Shown here piece after piece: positions 63,748 through 64,000 of a DNA stretch of 64,000 nucleotides (position 1 is the first letter of the stretch; the number at the start of each line of letters is the position of its first letter). Under the pieces are notes generated by a model. It made no database searches. It saw only the letters and a list, made by a program, of their open reading frames with translations, and had not been told where the DNA came from. Source of the stretch: an uncultured Actinomycetes bacterium (lineage in GTDB: Bacteria; Actinomycetota; Acidimicrobiia; IMCC26256; PALSA-610); the NCBI GenBank assembly GCA_963839575.1, contig CAWIVQ010000003.1:2269378-2333377 (forward strand), written 5' to 3'. Made by a program: the position numbers and the translations under genes.

Positions 63748-64000
63748 TCAGGTCGCGAGCGGTTCGACGAGTCCGTTCTGCATCGCGAACAGCGCCGCGT
63801 TGGTCCGAGTGGTCACGCCGAGCTTCGTATAGATGTGCTCGAGGTGCGACGACACCGTCTTGCGGCTGATGGTCAACGTCGCGGCGATCTTCGGATTGGA
63901 GAATCCGCGCGCCACCAGCACCAGCACGTCGACCTCGCGGCGGGTCAAGCCGGCCGGGAGCGCGGCTCGGCGGCGCACGCGGTGGCCGGCCGCGCTCAAC
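63748..64000 (-). CDS. LuxR-family (GerE HTH) regulator, C-terminal part only (continues beyond window)
   Basis: LTRREVDVLVLVARGFSNPKIAATLTISRKTVSSHLEHIYTKLGV. Confidence 0.85.
   Translation of the reverse strand, partial: LSAAGHRVRRRAALPAGLTRREVDVLVLVARGFSNPKIAATLTISRKTVSSHLEHIYTKLGVTTRTNAALFAMQNGLVEPLAT

Overview
By eye this window is about 70% GC and looks like a chromosomal segment of an Actinomycetota-type genome. The supporting content is F420/LLM/PPOX-type enzymes, a stand-alone LigD polymerase domain, EfeUOB, GAF-ANTAR regulators, many 4-nt GTGA/ATGA start-stop overlaps and leaderless-type promoters. It may be Acidimicrobiia, but I cannot verify that from sequence alone. I can support about 60 protein genes. 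I found no rRNA, tRNA, CRISPR array, transposase or integrase. Many long ORFs in the supplied track are GC-driven antisense or shadow ORFs. The dominant technical feature is indel noise. More than half of the genes read as family-typical proteins only after 1 to more than 10 frame changes, yet the sequence between junctions stays well conserved. This looks more like uncorrected assembly indels than genuine decay, so coordinates of frameshifted genes are reconstructed spans. Recognisable content includes P450, hotdog thioesterases, a Rieske protein, an FAD oxidase and an APC permease fused to an OB fold. There is also a ferric-reductase-like cytochrome with ApbE, AsnB with a CofE-like protein, and LigD-Pol with DUF2461. 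Transport and metal genes include a Zn/Mn-type ABC importer followed by an NYN-LOTUS protein, two TetR/MFS pairs, efeUOB, modBC and a P-type ATPase. Signalling and repair genes include a polytopic PAS-GGDEF-EAL sensor, LexA-box dinB, two tandem GAF-ANTAR regulators with an LLM oxidoreductase and MerR, and class I FBPase. The least explained items are four. First, two very large secreted multidomain proteins end in the same uncharacterised ~42-aa GYW...DGG(V/I)F.FGDA.F.GS repeat, a putative beta-propeller, and each sits next to an extracytoplasmic iron/redox module. Second, a ~85-aa domain occurs both free-standing and fused to a kinase-less GAF sensor. Third, a FRD-ApbE module has no recognisable FMN-binding substrate. 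Fourth, several gene pairs are apparently coupled but lack a known functional link: LigD-Pol/DUF2461 by a directly seen start-stop overlap, ZnuB/NYN-LOTUS by an overlap that requires an inferred indel, and AsnB/CofE-like only by a 42-nt same-strand gap.
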